Shown one piece after another: positions 39,996-50,972 of a stretch of DNA of 64,000 bases. The stretch lies in assembly GCA_951406725.2 (NCBI GenBank), contig OX597819.1, forward strand, positions 83,948,001 through 84,012,000, read 5' to 3'. The DNA comes from Octopus vulgaris. Lineage: Eukaryota. A model generated the notes under the pieces. The model worked only from the letters and a program-made list of their open reading frames with translations, did no database searches and was not told where the DNA came from. The first letter of the stretch is position 1. Each line of letters begins with the position of its first letter. A program made the position numbers and the translations under genes.

Positions 39996-41316
39996 GAAAA
40001 GTTCAATTTAAAGAAAAATTCAAATTTAAAAGAGTTTTCAAGTTTTTATTATAAATTGCTTCAAAAAATTGTGATTTTCGTAATTGGCATGTAAAACTAC
40101 ATCTGTGTGCAAACTTGGAATAAAATCGAACTATATATGAAATTAAAAGGATTCGCAAACACATACGTGTGTATATTAGTATGACCGCATCTTTAAGTGG
40201 CACATATATCGCAGTTCAAGTGGGAATTAAGTAGCAGTCCTTTTAGAGGTTTTATCTACAGTCACAAACGTCCAGGGAGAATATTCGTCTCCTGTCCTTG
40301 TACTGAGTTCAAAGCCAATTTCTGACTTCATGATCCCAAGCATGTCAAGTCTGTTGTATAGCAAGTGAAATGAACAAGAAAAAAACAGGGAAAGGTGAAT
40401 AACCTACTGTGTACAAAGTATAGGAATTCTACTTCTGAAATAAGACATTTGTACTTTTTCAAGGTCTATTCTATGAACAAATTGATGACACATTGCCTAG
40501 CACTTGCTAACATCTGAACCTCCAATTGGACATTCATCCAATATAAAAACTGCTCACTTTACTACTTAATATATTAGACTTGTTTCTTTAATGTTGTGAA
40601 TAAAACTAGATAATAGTGTCAGGAAAAATTATTTAGTGAAGTTTCGTAAATTTGGATAAGTTCATATACCATGGAAAGATTTCGGGGTAAGCCTTTCGTG
40701 TGAGAGAATAACACCAGGATTCTCTTTTCTTAAACTGTATACAAACTTACTCAGATTTATGAACCAAATTACGACACACAAGCTAAATTACCAACCAGCC
40801 AACCAGTCAGTCTGCCTACGAAGCATAGCTTAGCAGCCAAGTAGCTAATAAGACTACCTACTAACTGCCTGCTTAACAACAAACGTCTGTCATCTAAACT
40901 GTATATTAATTGACAATGAAGAATAATCAGCCGGACTTACGTTTATCAACAAACGTTATTGTTATTTTTTAAATTTACATTTTTAAAGTTAATGTTTCGA
41001 ACCTTTAACAGTTTCTCCGACGAAGAGCCTGGTAATTTTTTTTTTTTCGCATAGTTCATCAACATACCATTTTTTCCTTCTTTTTGCTCTGAATTGGCTC
41101 TATTTTTCTTGAATTCTGTGGCTACACTAGAGAAACAAATGGGACTTCTACGCGACCATTCGACAAACTACAAATTATCGCCAAATCTCCTTCACCTTAC
41201 TGTCTTAAAAACAAACGGATACATTAGATAATGCAGGCTTAGGTACACTACACATCAAATTAAAACCTTGTCTTGCCTTGAACCCTTGGATAGCCTCGTA
41301 ACTTGACGGAATACCT

Positions 41317-41551
41317 ATTTCTTTACTACCCACATGGGGCTAAACACAGAGAGGACAAACAAGGACAGACAAACGGATTAAGTCGATTATATTGATCCCA
41401 GTGCGTAACTGGTACTTATTTAATCGACCCCGAAAGGATGAAAGGCAAAGTCTACTGCTCGGCGGAATTTGAACTCAGAACATAACGGCAAACGAAATAC
41501 CGCGAAGCATTTCGCCCAGCGTGCTAACGTTTCTGCCAGCTCGCCGCCTTA
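41317..41551 (-). mobile_element. Nin-domain-type SINE, full length with TSD; tail matches the Tx1 LINE 3' end
   Basis: Perfect 17-bp TSD AACTTGACGGAATACCT at 41300-41316 and 41552-41568. Minus strand has a tRNA-like head (GGCGGCGAGCTGGCAGAAACGTTAGC...GAGTTCAAATTCCG), a central CCTTTCATCCTTTCGGGGTCGATTAAATAAGTACC (Nin-domain-like) and the tail GTTTAGCCCCATGTGGGTAGTAAAGAAAT. Confidence 0.88.
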
Positions 41552-41589
41552 AACTTGACGGAATACCTTCCTCTCATTACAGATATAGC

Positions 41590-41865
41590 GTGAAGGCGTG
41601 TAGTATAAGTGGTTAGTGTGTTGCACTCACGATCATGCAGTCGTACGTAGTTTCAGTTCCCGGACCGGGGAGTGCGCTGTGTTCTTGAACAAGACACTTC
41701 ATTTCACGTTGCTTTAGTATACTCAGCTGTAAATGAGTTACAACATTAACTTGAAAGTTAACCCTGTGATAGGACCAGTGCCCCATTCAGCGAGGAGTGC
41801 CGCAATCTGAGTCACTTATATGTCATGGAAACTGAGTTAAGCTCCGGCCTTATGAGTCATTGGGC
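41590..41865 (+). mobile_element. tRNA-derived SINE family C (related copy at ~11533-11790)
   Basis: tRNA-like head AGTGGTTAGTGTGTTGCACTCACGATC...GTTTCAGTTCC followed by TGTGTTCTTGAACAAGACACTTCATTTCACGTTGC, shared with 11533-11650. Confidence 0.7.
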
Positions 41866-42208
41866 TCATGGAAAGAGTGAGGGGGTGGGAAAGAGAATCG
41901 ACTCCAATAATAGACTGTTATTTTATTGACCCTGAAGAGATGAAAAGTAAAGTTGACTTCGATGGGATTTGAACTCAGAATGTTGAGAGTAAGAACGAAT
42001 ACTACAAACCATTGTCTCTGACGTTGTAATAACTCTGCTATTTCGCCGCACCGTATAAAAAGATGGTATGGTCACAGCTGGGACGTATATACAATTATAG
42101 ATTTGTTCGATCAGAGCTAACTTGAATGTAAACAATAAACCTACAAGCTAAACCGACGATGCCCAATCCCTTTTCAGTCAATCTCTATTTGTATCCCTAG
42201 TGTCTAAG

Positions 42209-42840
42209 CAGCGGTCCCCAATTGTTTTTGCGCCACAGACCTTTTTTATGGATGACAATTTTTTCCCGGTTCTAGGAACTACAAGCATAACAAAATACAA
42301 TAAAGTAATATAATTAATCATTGCATATATAATACATAAATATCATATACATAATATAATGCAAAAACACCCTACGAACTGCGATAGTCGGTACTTTTTG
42401 GATATCTCACCCCATTAAAAAATGCCATTAAAAATTGGGTTATCTCCCCACTAAAAAGTTGAGTTAATGTGGTGACAAGAGATTGGATTAAAAGGGTTAG
42501 ATCCTTTTGATTCAATATCTCAACATATTGTTGACTTTTGGCCTCCTCAAAAGGCATGGTATGATTTGTTATAAAAATATTATCAGATTCAATAAGATGT
42601 TTAATCTTTTCACTTTCCATGTTTATTAATTTTTCATTTTTTTTTTGTTTTATTGAGGGTTGAGCAATTTTTCAGTTGGAGGAGATAACGCAATTTTTTA
42701 ATGAGGTGAAATAACCAAAAAGTACCCGATAGTCAACAAAACAAATAAAATTTTAAAATTTATTATTTCTGTGCGGCCTGGTACCAAGTGATCCACGGCC
42801 CGGTACTGGTCTGCGACCCCGTAGTTATGGATTCTTCCTT
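42209..42840. mobile_element. hAT (Charlie-like) MITE hosting the Merlin insertion
   Basis: Starts CAGCGGTCCCCAA. Right part GCGGCCTGGTACC...CACGGCCCGGTACTGGTCTGCGACCCCGTAGTT is typical of hAT MITE subterminal sequence. Right TIR decayed. Confidence 0.6.
42390..42726. mobile_element. Merlin-type MITE nested in a hAT MITE
   Basis: GGTAC...GTACC termini, ~30-bp imperfect TIR (GGTACTTTTTGGATATCTCACCCCATTAAAAA), perfect 8-bp TSD CGATAGTC at 42382-42389 and 42727-42734. Confidence 0.82.
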
Positions 42841-44320
42841 ATAGTACTGCCTAAAAGAGTTGTTTATACAACACTGTAGGGGATAAATGTCCCAAAAGGT
42901 TCAGAAAGCCTTCACTCAACGCTGGATGCAGCAATTCAAATGCTTTCTGAAGCAGTAACGCCCATTTTAAACTAGCTACTGAACTAGTTAAACAGTCATT
43001 TAAAGCTACTGCTCAATTATTCTAAATGATCTATAAGACATCCACACGCACACACATTTTTATTTTTGCAGTATGTAGCGTTGCATTAAATAATGAGTAA
43101 AAAGACACATAATAAATGCACAAACTAACGGAAAACAGACACAGATGGTCGCCAACTCCTCATCATTTATCAGCCAGAGGGTCAACCACAATTTCGTATC
43201 TAATATACACAAATACATATTCTTTTATTCATTTCAGTCATGCCGTATACATAGATATATTTGTACAGAAGTAACTACGTAACGTATACACTATGCAATA
43301 CAAGCGAAAAGCAGCATCTAATTACTCTTTTCACACTATACAAATGCACATACGTATCAGTGGCGTTTTCTGCATGTATGCAATGCATGCTTTAAATAGT
43401 TTAGAATATACAAATGAATGCAAATAAAGATGATTTTACTATAAAACCTTTTTGTTTTTTTTTTAATGTGAGACAGTTCGAAAGGAGGTACATACATGTT
43501 TATATGTACCCTACTTTAATTATATAGCGTTGATTTTTAATATTGTACGCGCTGACTTTAAATGAGTTCTGTAAACATGAAAAGAAATACAACTAATTAG
43601 CAGCCTTTGCACAACAAACATATCTAGTATAACTAATGAAAAGTTTCCTTGCACTTTTCAGGACATCAACAATGAATGGCTGAGAAGAGTCGTCGAAAAA
43701 TTTTCGTTCATGTTTATTGTTGAAAGATTGTACTGGACACGATGATCCAGAATGGAGAAGCGAAAGACTGTTCTTTTGCTACAGTTGTGTGGTTTAAAAC
43801 CTGTTCCGTAATCATATAAACATGACAGAGATGGAGGAGAGATATTGTGTGTGCAATGTGTCATTTGCTATAGTATAGTTATAGTGTAGCTTTAGACCTT
43901 TAATGTTCACAAATATGACTGGCAAACAGCTGATTGCTGGATAACGGCTGACCTGATGCTTGACCGAGTTAAATTCCTTCCTCCTGTTCAACATTCAGAT
44001 CTGGTCTATTTTCTTCTCGCTGAATTTGCTCCATGTTGAGTTTGACTGATATGTAATCAACAAACTTCATTAGATAGTTTTTTTTTTCTGATACCAGTCA
44101 TTAACTTTGATGTGTAGTTGTTGAAGGTCATTGGTTAAAGCTGTAAGCATTCATATTCAACACGTTCGGATACATTTAAATGTAGAAAGACTTCCACTGC
44201 GGTAACTGTTTCGAAACAGGAATATTTTTGATAAACAATGAGCTGGACTATAAATGATGGCAATGAACATGTTTCTGTGTGGTTATGCTTCACTAGCTAC
44301 AGACACCGAACCCGTCGTTC

Positions 44321-45881
44321 ATTAAATCTTTATTATAGGCACGATGGCTGCAAAACAGGACGTGGGGTACAGATAATAAAAAAAATCGAAAAATATGATA
44401 TGAAAATGAATTATTTGTAATGAATTAAATGGAATGGCTTACGAGCCCCCCAAAACTCGTAGTTTCATTTAAAATACAATTCTGCTATACTGGGCGTTCA
44501 TCTGTAATGTATTCTATTAACTTCTCCTGGTCTACAATCGCTGGCAAACTGTCGTAACGGATATATTGCATTTCACAAACAGTCGAAAACACACTTTTCA
44601 ATTTCATAAATGTCTCTTTCTCTACGACCGCCGACTTCACTTGGTCATCAAATATTTTTGGGTTCAACCTAACCCTGATTAAACCTTTCTTACCTGCCAG
44701 TCTCTTTTCGATTTCTTTGTCTTTCATATACAATATTACTACTTTAAGATTTTTTCCTTCGGGTCTTCCTCCTTCTTTACATACTTTTAACTTCTCTTCC
44801 ACACTTCTTTCTCATTCTTGGTTTGCCGTTAAATTTGCCGGTTCTCTCGCTTTCGCTTTTGCATTCTTATCTTCGCACGTTCGATCTTCCATCTCGTCTG
44901 TAGTCTTATTTTTCGCTTTTTTCTTTTTTTGAACTTTAGGTGGTGATTCCACCCTCGTTCTATCTTCTTTTCCTTCTGTTTCTCCAACTCGTCACCACTT
45001 TCCACATTTTCTGTGTTCACACATTCTTCATCCGCCATCTGCAATATCTCTGTCTGCGCCTCCAATGTTCTCGTCGGACACCCATCTTTCATGTGGCCTC
45101 TAATTTTGCATTTGTAGCACACAGGGGGTCTTCCCTCTACCACGACTCTGAGTCGTGTCTCGTCGGGGAACACCAACTCCTCTGGAATGTTATACAGGTC
45201 TGGCATGGTTATATGGACCAACGCCTGCACCGCATAACCCCACCACTGTATATCTTTTGACTTTTCCACGTTCAATATTTCAACGCTTTCTTTGCAGTTG
45301 AATATCACTGCCGCTAAGATTCTTTCCATGTTCAGCTCCGGCGAAATCTTACTGATTCGTATTCTTACTACCCTTTTTCCACGATAACTTGGTAATAACA
45401 TCCATTTTTCTGTTTTCAGTATTTGCGTGGCACTCTTCTTCGCTTCGTCTTCGTTTTTAAAAAGAACGACCACTGTTGCGTATTTTCTACCTCTATTATA
45501 GAAGGTAGGCTCTCCTTCAACTCCATTCAGACAGCACTCAATCTCCCCTATCGGCGCCACTTCTACTTTCTTTGAAGCCAAGTTCCACGTTCTGTATGTT
45601 ATAATACGTTTTTCTGCTTCTTTCGCTTCTTCTTCAGATGGTGTGACCTTCACACAGTCACCTTCCTTCTTTAAGCTGTCGAAATATTTCTTCAAAATCT
45701 CCTTCTCGATGATAACTTCTTCCAACTGCAATTCCCGCATACGTTTGGGTTTGCATTTTCGAGAAAAACCTCCAAAAAATTCCCCACGCCGCAACCGCTT
45801 CCACCAACGAATTCGATCTCACAACCGCGACACAACAATAACGTAATCAAATTTTCCGACACCAAAAAAACCAACAAAAGG
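44321..45881 (-). mobile_element. ORF1-only non-autonomous retroelement (HAL1-like 'half-Tx1')
   Basis: Flanked by a 15-bp direct repeat with 1 mismatch: CCGAACCCGTCGTTC at 44306-44320 and CCGAACCTGTCGTTC at 45882-45896. Contains only an ORF1 homologue plus short UTRs. Minus-strand 3' end is ...GCCATCGTGCCTATAATAAAGATTTAAT. No endonuclease or RT sequence between the TSDs. Confidence 0.85.
44485..45740 (-). pseudogene. Divergent Tx1-type ORF1 homologue with a frameshift (~44945) and one in-frame TGA (44812-44814)
   Basis: First ATG at 45740. Aligns by eye with the neighbouring ORF1: EAEKRIITYRTW/EIEKRTVIFKTY, TFYNRGRKYATV/TFLTRGKRYGTV, LKTEKWMLLPSYRGKR/LKTDKITLLPIYRGRR, VEGRPPVCYKCKIRGHMKDGC/VEGRKPRCFTCGKKGHIKKDC. 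The C-terminal part continues in the frame of track ORF 44485-44802. Confidence 0.85.
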
Positions 45882-46240
45882 CCGAACCTGTCGTTCCTTG
45901 TCTACTAAGAACTGCCGTTTTATATGTAAATGGCAAATAATAAATTTGCTGGCATATGCAAAGCTCTGTCAAACTAGAATTAAGTAATTCAAGCACATTA
46001 AGCAGCAACTATAAAGATAATGCTATGTACATTTATATTGAATTCGTTCATGTACACGCAATTGGCTGTCTGACGAGGCTTAATGTTTTGTCCCGACTAA
46101 TCAACACCTATATAAAGTTGTCACTGTTGCTACTAAAAACAAAAACAAAAAGAAAAAAAAAAAGTAAGTTGTTTTTTTTTTCGTTAGTCGAATTTGTTTG
46201 ACTAATTTCAGTGAAGACGCTGAGGAGGGGTAGACCAATA

Positions 46241-47578
46241 ATGGCCAGCCCGAAGGCGGACAGAGCGGAAGACCAAACCCAGGTCCTTAGTCCAGAGATG
46301 TCCAGCCTGGAAGGAATAATGGCTATACCCGACATTTTCTCGGACGAGGAGGAAAGTGGGAGAGTCAGAAGAAGTATAGATGTGCCAAGCATGGCAAGGA
46401 AGGTGCTAAACTTCGCCGAGGCAGCTAGTCCGAAGGAAAGAAGGATTAACCTAACAAGGGTGGAAGAAGCGAAAAAGATAGTATCTCGAGACGGGTACAA
46501 GATCAAACTGAACCAGACGAAAGAATCTCTCGAAGAGATAGAGAAGAGAACGGTAATATTCAAAACATACCGTAACATGGAAAGGAAAATAGACTTTTCG
46601 TCGGAAAAGGAAGTGGAGGCGTGCCTACTACCCATCTGGGATAAAATCACATTTTTAACCAGGGGTAAGAGGTACGGAACCGTGGAAACCAGGTTCAAGA
46701 CAGAAGAAGAAGCGAGGGAACATTCAATGAAACCCCTGAAAACAGACAAAATAACCCTTCTACCTATTTATAGAGGAAGGCGTATTTCAAAAATTACGGT
46801 TGCCAACATACCGCCGGAGATCGAGCCCGAACTGATAGTGGCTGGGGTCACTGCAGGACTGGAAGACCAAATGGAAGTGCGTGATGCCACGGTGATAGAA
46901 GCCAAAAAGTGGCAAGGACAGAAAGTACAAATTATTGTACAGGCAGAGCAGGTCGCCTTGGAAGAGATAGGCGAGGTCATCGAAATAGGAGAGAGCCGGA
47001 TGGCAGTAATGGTGGAGGGCCGGAAGCCCAGGTGTTTCACCTGTGGCAAGAAGGGCCACATCAAAAAGGACTGCAAGCCGGCGGAGAAGGAAAAGAGCGT
47101 ACCCACAAAACCAAGTGCTCAAGTGGCGGCAACAGAAACAACAGCCGCAACAGAAGTAGGGGAGGGGTGGTCACAGATTGCTGCGACAAAACGAAAGCAC
47201 AACAACCCCTCCTCGGAGAAAATTATAAGCAAAGAGAAGAGAGAAGTGAAGAAGGCGAAGAAGCCGGAGAAGGAGAACAAGGTGTATGTGGCGATGAATA
47301 TCGCAAACAGAGAAGTGGTACGCAGAGTGGAGACTCAACACGTCGAGGAGGTGGAGATGGAAGCGAAAGGTGGAGGTTGGAGATGCTACGTGATGGGACT
47401 GAAAGGGTTCAACACGTTTGCAAACGATTTTAGAAAAGACGTAGGCACACCCAGAATGAGCAAGGAGGATGCCCTGAAGGATGCAGAAAGGAAGAACAGC
47501 AACGCGCCGAGTCCACGTTCATCTGAGGCAGAAGAGACGGGTCCCCCCCGCCGGCCGGACCCAGAGGAAATAAGGTAG
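46241..47578 (+). CDS. Tx1-type ORF1 (Gag-like nucleic-acid-binding protein with CCHC zinc knuckle)
   Basis: Open frame 46211-47578 with first ATG at 46241. Motif VEGRKPRCFTCGKKGHIKKDC (C-X2-C-X4-H-X4-C) followed by a basic/acidic low-complexity tail. Lies directly upstream of an APE-RT ORF. Confidence 0.9.
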   Translation: MASPKADRAEDQTQVLSPEMSSLEGIMAIPDIFSDEEESGRVRRSIDVPSMARKVLNFAEAASPKERRINLTRVEEAKKIVSRDGYKIKLNQTKESLEEIEKRTVIFKTYRNMERKIDFSSEKEVEACLLPIWDKITFLTRGKRYGTVETRFKTEEEAREHSMKPLKTDKITLLPIYRGRRISKITVANIPPEIEPELIVAGVTAGLEDQMEVRDATVIEAKKWQGQKVQIIVQAEQVALEEIGEVIEIGESRMAVMVEGRKPRCFTCGKKGHIKKDCKPAEKEKSVPTKPSAQVAATETTAATEVGEGWSQIAATKRKHNNPSSEKIISKEKREVKKAKKPEKENKVYVAMNIANREVVRRVETQHVEEVEMEAKGGGWRCYVMGLKGFNTFANDFRKDVGTPRMSKEDALKDAERKNSNAPSPRSSEAEETGPPRRPDPEEIR

Positions 47579-47585
47579 GCAAACT

Positions 47586-50500
47586 ATGGCTGTTTACGTT
47601 GGTTGCATAAATGTGCGCGTCCTGGTAGCGAACTGGAAACAAGGTCGTTTACTAAACGATATCAGGGCGCGGAATTTAAATGTAATTGTCGCTACTGAGA
47701 CACGAATCGAAGGGCCAAGAGATCTACTCCCGCTCATGGAAGACTACGAGAAATTTATTTCTCCTGGACGGCATGTGGGCGGGAGTGGGGTGTTGGTTCT
47801 GCTTAAAAAAGATAGTGTCGCAGAGAAAAAGTTGATTTTTTCTGATTCAGAAGGTAGGCTGGTCGTCTTAGATCTGACGTTCAGTTGTGGTAAAGAAATC
47901 AGGCTGGTGGCGGTGTATGCACCTAATACGGGTCAGACTGATTTTTATCGAGGCTTGGAGAAGTTTCTTGGCACGTCAAAATCCATAGTCATGTTAGGGG
48001 ACTTTAATGCCATAGTCGACGCGCACGTCGATGGCATTGGCTCGAAAGATAGGAAACCAAACGCTGGCTTCCGGGATCTACTGAGTCGCTTTCAGCTAGT
48101 AGATCCCTACAGACTTGAATTCCCGAACGCTCCACAGTGGACGTGGTTAAGTGGCGACGGGTCTGTCGGGTCTTACATAGACAGAATTTTTATTAGAAAA
48201 ATAGATAAAGGATTAGTTAAGTGTCCACAGTTTCACACGGTCAGTTACAGCGATCACAGGATGGTCACTGGCGAACTGAACCTAGATAAGTTAGGTAGTA
48301 GGGGATCCGGCTACTGGAAACTCAATAAGTCCCTCCTGGCTATTGAGGAGTACAGAAAGCGGATCGAGTTAGTAGTGAAGAGGGCGTTAACCGGTTCCAT
48401 TATTAACAACAAATGGTGGTACGCCCTCAAAAGAGCCATCAAATACGAGTCCGTTAGATACAGCATAGGTCTAACAACTAGCGGGCGTAAGAAAGAGATG
48501 GGGCTAGTTAAGGCCTTAGAGGAAGCCATCAGAGCTGGCGATAGGGCCCAGGTTAGGCTGAGGAGACTGGAGTTGAACCAGCACCGCGAAGCCCAACATA
48601 TGGGTTGCATCGTCAGAGCTAGAATTCGCGCAATGGGGTGCGAGGGTATCAAGGCTACCGGATGGGCACGAGTTGTGGAGGCTCAACGTGGAAACGATTC
48701 CACAATTAAGTCTGTGACGAACGGGCGAGGCGATGTGATCACCGAACCAGAGGAGATGTGTCGGACGTTTCAGGAGCACTTCGCTCGGCTCTTTGGGGGC
48801 GACGGCGGACCGGAGGAGAGGGTGGACCTAACGGACATCCTCGCCGGGCTGCCGCGCCTCTCGGGGCAGGATGCGGAGAGCTGTGAAGCGTCGATCTCGC
48901 CTGAGGAGATTGCCGAGGTCCTGGCCGACTGCGGCGAAGGCAGGGCGCCGGGGATCGATGGTTTACCTTACGAACTATATAAAAGAATGCCAGACTTGTT
49001 CGGGAACGTGCTGGCCGGCGTTTTCACGAACTGGCGGCAGAATGGGTTCATTCCCAGGTCTGTACGTCGGGGAGTGGTGACGCTGATCAGGAAGGACCCG
49101 AGCAAGGGGGACAACATAGACAACTTTCGGCCCATCACACTGCTAAACACAGAGGTGAAGATTTTGGCCAAGGTGTTAGCGAAAAGGTTGACGCGTGTCG
49201 CGGGTGGTCTGATCGGGGAGGCACAAACTTGTGCGATCCCTGGAAGAACCATCCAGGACAATCTTCACCTAGTACGCTACACAATAGAAAGGTTTGGGAA
49301 TGACTCTGGCAAGGGTGGGGCATTGGTCCATTTAGACCAGAGTAAAGCGTTTGATAGGGTGAACCATTGGTACCTGGTGTCCGTGCTGGCGCAGTTCGGT
49401 CTCGGCATTGGCTTCCTCAGGTGGATCATACAGTTGTACGATAACATCGACTCGATCGTTCGGGTGAATGGCTTCCTGTCGAAGCCGTTCCGCATCAAAC
49501 GGTCTGTTCGTCAAGGGTGTCCGCTCTCCCCGATTTTGTATGTGATGGCTCTCGAGCCATTGCTGCGAAAGCTGAGCGCCATCCCGATGAATCCAGGAGG
49601 TGGAGGATCTGTGACATCGTATGCGGACGACATCACCATCATCGTGACCGAGGTGGAACTCCTACGTAATGTGGGAGACGCCATCAAGGCTTACGAGACG
49701 GTGACAGGAGCAAAGATTAACCGGGAAAAATCGGTCGGCTTGCAACTCGGCACCTGGAGGGGCAAGTCGATGCCTTCGAATAGCATCGTGGGATGCTGGA
49801 CGGAGGGCCCGGTTAAGCTGCTAGGGATCTGGTTTGGTCCAGGTCTCCAGATAGAAAAGAACTGGTCTGAGGTGTCGGGCAAGGTGGCTCACGCGGTCGG
49901 GACTTGGTCCGGACGGTGGCTGTCCTTGAAAGGGAGGGCGGAGGTGGCCAATGTGTTTTTAGCATCGGTCATCACCTACCGCCTGACTGTCGTCCCTTGT
50001 CCGGATTCGTGGTTGAGCAAGTTGGAGAGACAGATCTTCCGCTTTTTGTGGAAGGGAAGTGCTCCTCTTGTAAGACGTTCTATCTGCTGTCAGAAACCGT
50101 TAAAGGGTGGCTTGGGGATGCCTTGGCTGATGATGCGCAGAGATGCGCTGAGGTTAAGGCACCTTTGGCTCTACCTGGATGGTGAACGGGTGTGGTCCCC
50201 GCTTGCGAAGCAGATGTTCCCCAGCTTTGTCAGTTTCGGTGGCAGAGAAACCTGGTTTCGTCGCAGACTTAGATCGAGCATGTGGTATTCGGAGTGCCAT
50301 AAGGCACTCTGCCACTTCCGCAGGTCGGGCAATGCCGGCGGCTTTGGTACCACCGCAGCTTTCTATAGCAGGTTGGTAGAGGCCGAAAATGACGATGCCT
50401 TAGGAAGGACCTTGGACCTCGATAGAAATCAGTTGGACAGCCTGTTCCGAAGGACGTTCGGGCCGAAGACATTGGATAACTTCCAGAAGTCTTTGACCTG

Positions 50501-50972
50501 GCAATGTTTCAGAGGAGCTTTACCCGTTCGGGATAAACTCACAAGGCATGGTTGGAGTGGACCATCGAACTGCCCAAGATGCGAGCGGGATCTGGAAACA
50601 GTCTCGCACGCTATTGTTCAGTGTCCGGAAGTCTCGGACGTGTGGGTATATGCCGAACACCTGTTGTCGGACGGAAGAAGAGTACAGCTATCGGCTGAGA
50701 CAATTATAAAAATTGACTCGCCTAGCTTTTTGACAAGTGAAGGTAAGCATTGCTTTCTCAGTACAGTAGCAGTAGCGAAAGAGTGTATATGGAAGACCAG
50801 AATGAAAGCGGTAACGACAGGCACCGTGATCTCTGGCTCCGCCTTGGTGACCTATTTCAGGTTCCACCTAAAAAGAAAGGTGGAATTAGAGAAAAGGTGT
50901 CTGTCTGCGTGTGAGTTCGATAAAATATGGAAGCGTGTGGCACGGTTGCTGCGAGTGAGAGGAGCCACGTAA
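47586..50972 (+). CDS. Tx1-type ORF2: APE endonuclease + reverse transcriptase + C-terminal zinc finger (1128 aa)
   Basis: APE motifs INVRVL, ATETR, VYAPN, LGDFNA, IDRIF, SDH. Tx1/L1 linker GYWKLNKSLL. RT motifs NFRPITLLN, LDQSKAFDRV, QGCPLSP, YADD. KGGLG thumb. C-terminal CPRC...HAIVQC. No stops or frameshifts. Confidence 0.96.
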   Translation: MAVYVGCINVRVLVANWKQGRLLNDIRARNLNVIVATETRIEGPRDLLPLMEDYEKFISPGRHVGGSGVLVLLKKDSVAEKKLIFSDSEGRLVVLDLTFSCGKEIRLVAVYAPNTGQTDFYRGLEKFLGTSKSIVMLGDFNAIVDAHVDGIGSKDRKPNAGFRDLLSRFQLVDPYRLEFPNAPQWTWLSGDGSVGSYIDRIFIRKIDKGLVKCPQFHTVSYSDHRMVTGELNLDKLGSRGSGYWKLNKSLLAIEEYRKRIELVVKRALTGSIINNKWWYALKRAIKYESVRYSIGLTTSGRKKEMGLVKALEEAIRAGDRAQVRLRRLELNQHREAQHMGCIVRARIRAMGCEGIKATGWARVVEAQRGNDSTIKSVTNGRGDVITEPEEMCRTFQEHFARLFGGDGGPEERVDLTDILAGLPRLSGQDAESCEASISPEEIAEVLADCGEGRAPGIDGLPYELYKRMPDLFGNVLAGVFTNWRQNGFIPRSVRRGVVTLIRKDPSKGDNIDNFRPITLLNTEVKILAKVLAKRLTRVAGGLIGEAQTCAIPGRTIQDNLHLVRYTIERFGNDSGKGGALVHLDQSKAFDRVNHWYLVSVLAQFGLGIGFLRWIIQLYDNIDSIVRVNGFLSKPFRIKRSVRQGCPLSPILYVMALEPLLRKLSAIPMNPGGGGSVTSYADDITIIVTEVELLRNVGDAIKAYETVTGAKINREKSVGLQLGTWRGKSMPSNSIVGCWTEGPVKLLGIWFGPGLQIEKNWSEVSGKVAHAVGTWSGRWLSLKGRAEVANVFLASVITYRLTVVPCPDSWLSKLERQIFRFLWKGSAPLVRRSICCQKPLKGGLGMPWLMMRRDALRLRHLWLYLDGERVWSPLAKQMFPSFVSFGGRETWFRRRLRSSMWYSECHKALCHFRRSGNAGGFGTTAAFYSRLVEAENDDALGRTLDLDRNQLDSLFRRTFGPKTLDNFQKSLTWQCFRGALPVRDKLTRHGWSGPSNCPRCERDLETVSHAIVQCPEVSDVWVYAEHLLSDGRRVQLSAETIIKIDSPSFLTSEGKHCFLSTVAVAKECIWKTRMKAVTTGTVISGSALVTYFRFHLKRKVELEKRCLSACEFDKIWKRVARLLRVRGAT

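Noticed and set aside
44440-44461. Hairpin TACGAG-CCCCCCAAAA-CTCGTA resembling TCATGA-CCCCAAA-TCATGA in the Tx1 3'UTR (51159-51177)
   Set aside because: The loops look alike only on the plus strand, but the two elements are on opposite strands, so the RNAs would differ; treated as coincidence.
46070-46100. CTGACGAG near the Tx1 5' end as a possible hammerhead core
   Set aside because: No stem II or GAAA follows. The same holds for CTGACGAAG at ~56171 and CCGACGAAGAGC at ~41017.
46108-50824. Antisense and alternative-frame ORFs inside the Tx1 element (e.g. 46108-46749 minus, 46909-47433 plus)
   Set aside because: Shadow ORFs expected from GC-rich coding sequence; no recognisable motifs.
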